DNA from: Cereibacter sphaeroides 2.4.1 | GTDB lineage: Bacteria > Pseudomonadota > Alphaproteobacteria > Rhodobacterales > Rhodobacteraceae | DNA length: 32,000 nucleotides | Assembly (NCBI RefSeq): GCF_000012905.2 | Contig: NC_007493.2 | Location: 1,860,001 to 1,892,000, forward strand | Direction: 5' to 3' | Shown here: positions 31,118-32,000 of the stretch, piece by piece | Layout: each line of letters opens with the position of its first letter | Position numbering within the stretch: the first letter of the stretch is position 1 | Notes under the pieces: model-generated | Seen by the model: only the letters and a program-made list of their open reading frames with translations | What the model was told of the DNA's origin: nothing | The model's database searches: none | Program-made: the position numbers and the translations under genes

Positions 31118-32000
31118 ATGGAACGGCAACGGGTGATCGCGGTGGGCTCCTACCCCGACTGGGACAGGCAGGCGATGGAGGCCAGCTTCACGGTCACGAC
31201 CGTTCCGCAGCTCGCCGATCTGGCGGGCCTCGACCCTGCGCTCCGCGCCGAGGCGGTGGCGGTGGCCTACAAGGGCGGCGCGCCCTTCGGCGGCGAGGCG
31301 ATGGATCTCCTGCCCGCGCTCGGCATCATCGCGAACTTCGGTGTGGGCTTCGATGCCATCGACGTCGAAGCCGCCCGCGCCCGCGGCATCCGGGTGACGA
31401 ACACGCCCGACGTGCTGAACGACGACGTGGCCGACACGGCGCTGGCGATGATGCTGGCCCTCTGCCGCCGCATCCCCGAGGGCGACCGCTTCGTCCGCGA
31501 GGGCCGCTGGCCCAAGGGAGACTTTCCGCTGAACCGCAAATTCTCGGGCGGGCGCGCGGGCATCATGGGGCTCGGCCGGATCGGGCGCGCCATCGCCGAC
31601 CGGCTCGTGGCCTTCGGCATGGAGATCCACTATCATTCGCGCAGCGCCAAGGACGTGCCCGCGGGCTGGACCTTCCACGCCACGCCCGAAGGGCTCGCCG
31701 CCGAGGTCGACTGGCTGGTGGTGGCGCTGGTCGGAGGGCCCGCCACCGAAAGCTACGTCTCGGCCGAGGTCATTGCCTGCATGCCGCAGGATGCGGTGCT
31801 GGTGAACATCTCGCGCGGCTCGACCGTGGACGAAGCGGCGCTGCTAAGCGCCCTCGAAGCCGGGCGGATCGGGGCCGCGCTCGACGTCTTCCGCAACGAG
31901 CCCGAGATCGATCCGCGCTTCCACGCGCTCTCGAACGTGATCCTGCAGCCGCATCAGGGATCGGGCACGGTCGAGACCCGCCGCGCGATGGGCGAGCTGC
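31118..32000 (+). CDS. D-isomer-specific 2-hydroxyacid dehydrogenase (glyoxylate/hydroxypyruvate reductase-like), 3' end beyond the window
   Basis: Not in the ORF track because it has no stop within the window. My own translation from ATG 31118 (AAGGAGA upstream): MERQRVIAVGSYPDW...GVGFDAIDV...GIMGLGRIGRAIADRL (NAD GxGxxG)...VNISRGSTVDE...DVFRNEP...LQPHQGSGTVETR (catalytic R/E/H region). Confidence 0.85.
   Translation, partial: MERQRVIAVGSYPDWDRQAMEASFTVTTVPQLADLAGLDPALRAEAVAVAYKGGAPFGGEAMDLLPALGIIANFGVGFDAIDVEAARARGIRVTNTPDVLNDDVADTALAMMLALCRRIPEGDRFVREGRWPKGDFPLNRKFSGGRAGIMGLGRIGRAIADRLVAFGMEIHYHSRSAKDVPAGWTFHATPEGLAAEVDWLVVALVGGPATESYVSAEVIACMPQDAVLVNISRGSTVDEAALLSALEAGRIGAALDVFRNEPEIDPRFHALSNVILQPHQGSGTVETRRAMGEL

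Noticed and set aside
1-32000. Search for tRNA/rRNA genes, CRISPR arrays, IS elements, integrases, att-like long repeats and CtrA boxes (TTAA-N7-TTAA)
   Set aside because: I saw no cloverleaf-like or rRNA-like segments, no regularly spaced direct repeats and no transposase- or recombinase-like ORFs. The few TTAA occurrences lack a partner at N7 spacing. A by-eye search is not exhaustive, so tRNAscan, Infernal and ISfinder runs would settle it.

Overview
High-GC alphaproteobacterial chromosomal DNA. The protein sequences (GapR/DUF2312, a HisKA_2 kinase, strongly GC3-biased codons) suggest a Rhodobacteraceae genome similar to Cereibacter/Rhodobacter sphaeroides; this taxon call is inference only. 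I support about 30 protein genes. I found no rRNA, tRNA, CRISPR array, transposase, integrase or prophage gene, so this looks like core chromosome, not a mobile island. Gene order: glnA (5'-truncated); a translationally coupled three-gene phosphorelay (CHASE3 kinase, CheY-like receiver, REC-HisKA_2 kinase); a divergent MoxR-type AAA+ ATPase plus zincin-like/VWA pair; a hypothetical membrane protein; a valine-catabolism block (acyl-CoA dehydrogenase, 3-hydroxyisobutyryl-CoA hydrolase, mmsB); a small secreted protein; an exopolysaccharide operon (UDP-xylose synthase, GalE-family epimerase, cellulose-synthase-like GT2, GH26-like hydrolase) that resembles the Sinorhizobium meliloti APS operon; an ~880-bp non-coding gap with an AT-rich island; an orphan ABC binding protein and an orphan fused ABC permease; gapR; small membrane and acidic miniproteins; a DksA/TraR-family protein; a DUF442 phosphatase-like protein; then a minus-strand string of CheY-like receiver, 2-TM miniprotein, symporter-fused histidine kinase and an orphan FliM-like protein; an XRE/DUF2083 regulator; FAH-family hydrolase plus SDR; and a 3'-truncated 2-hydroxyacid dehydrogenase. 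The best candidate for an undescribed system is the receiver/miniprotein/transporter-kinase/FliM-like string (23310-27745). Second is the MoxR-VWA pair, which carries an HQxxH motif where HExxH is expected. All homology calls come from motif recognition by eye, with no searches run. Many long ORFs in the track are antisense or out-of-frame shadows typical of GC-rich DNA and were rejected.
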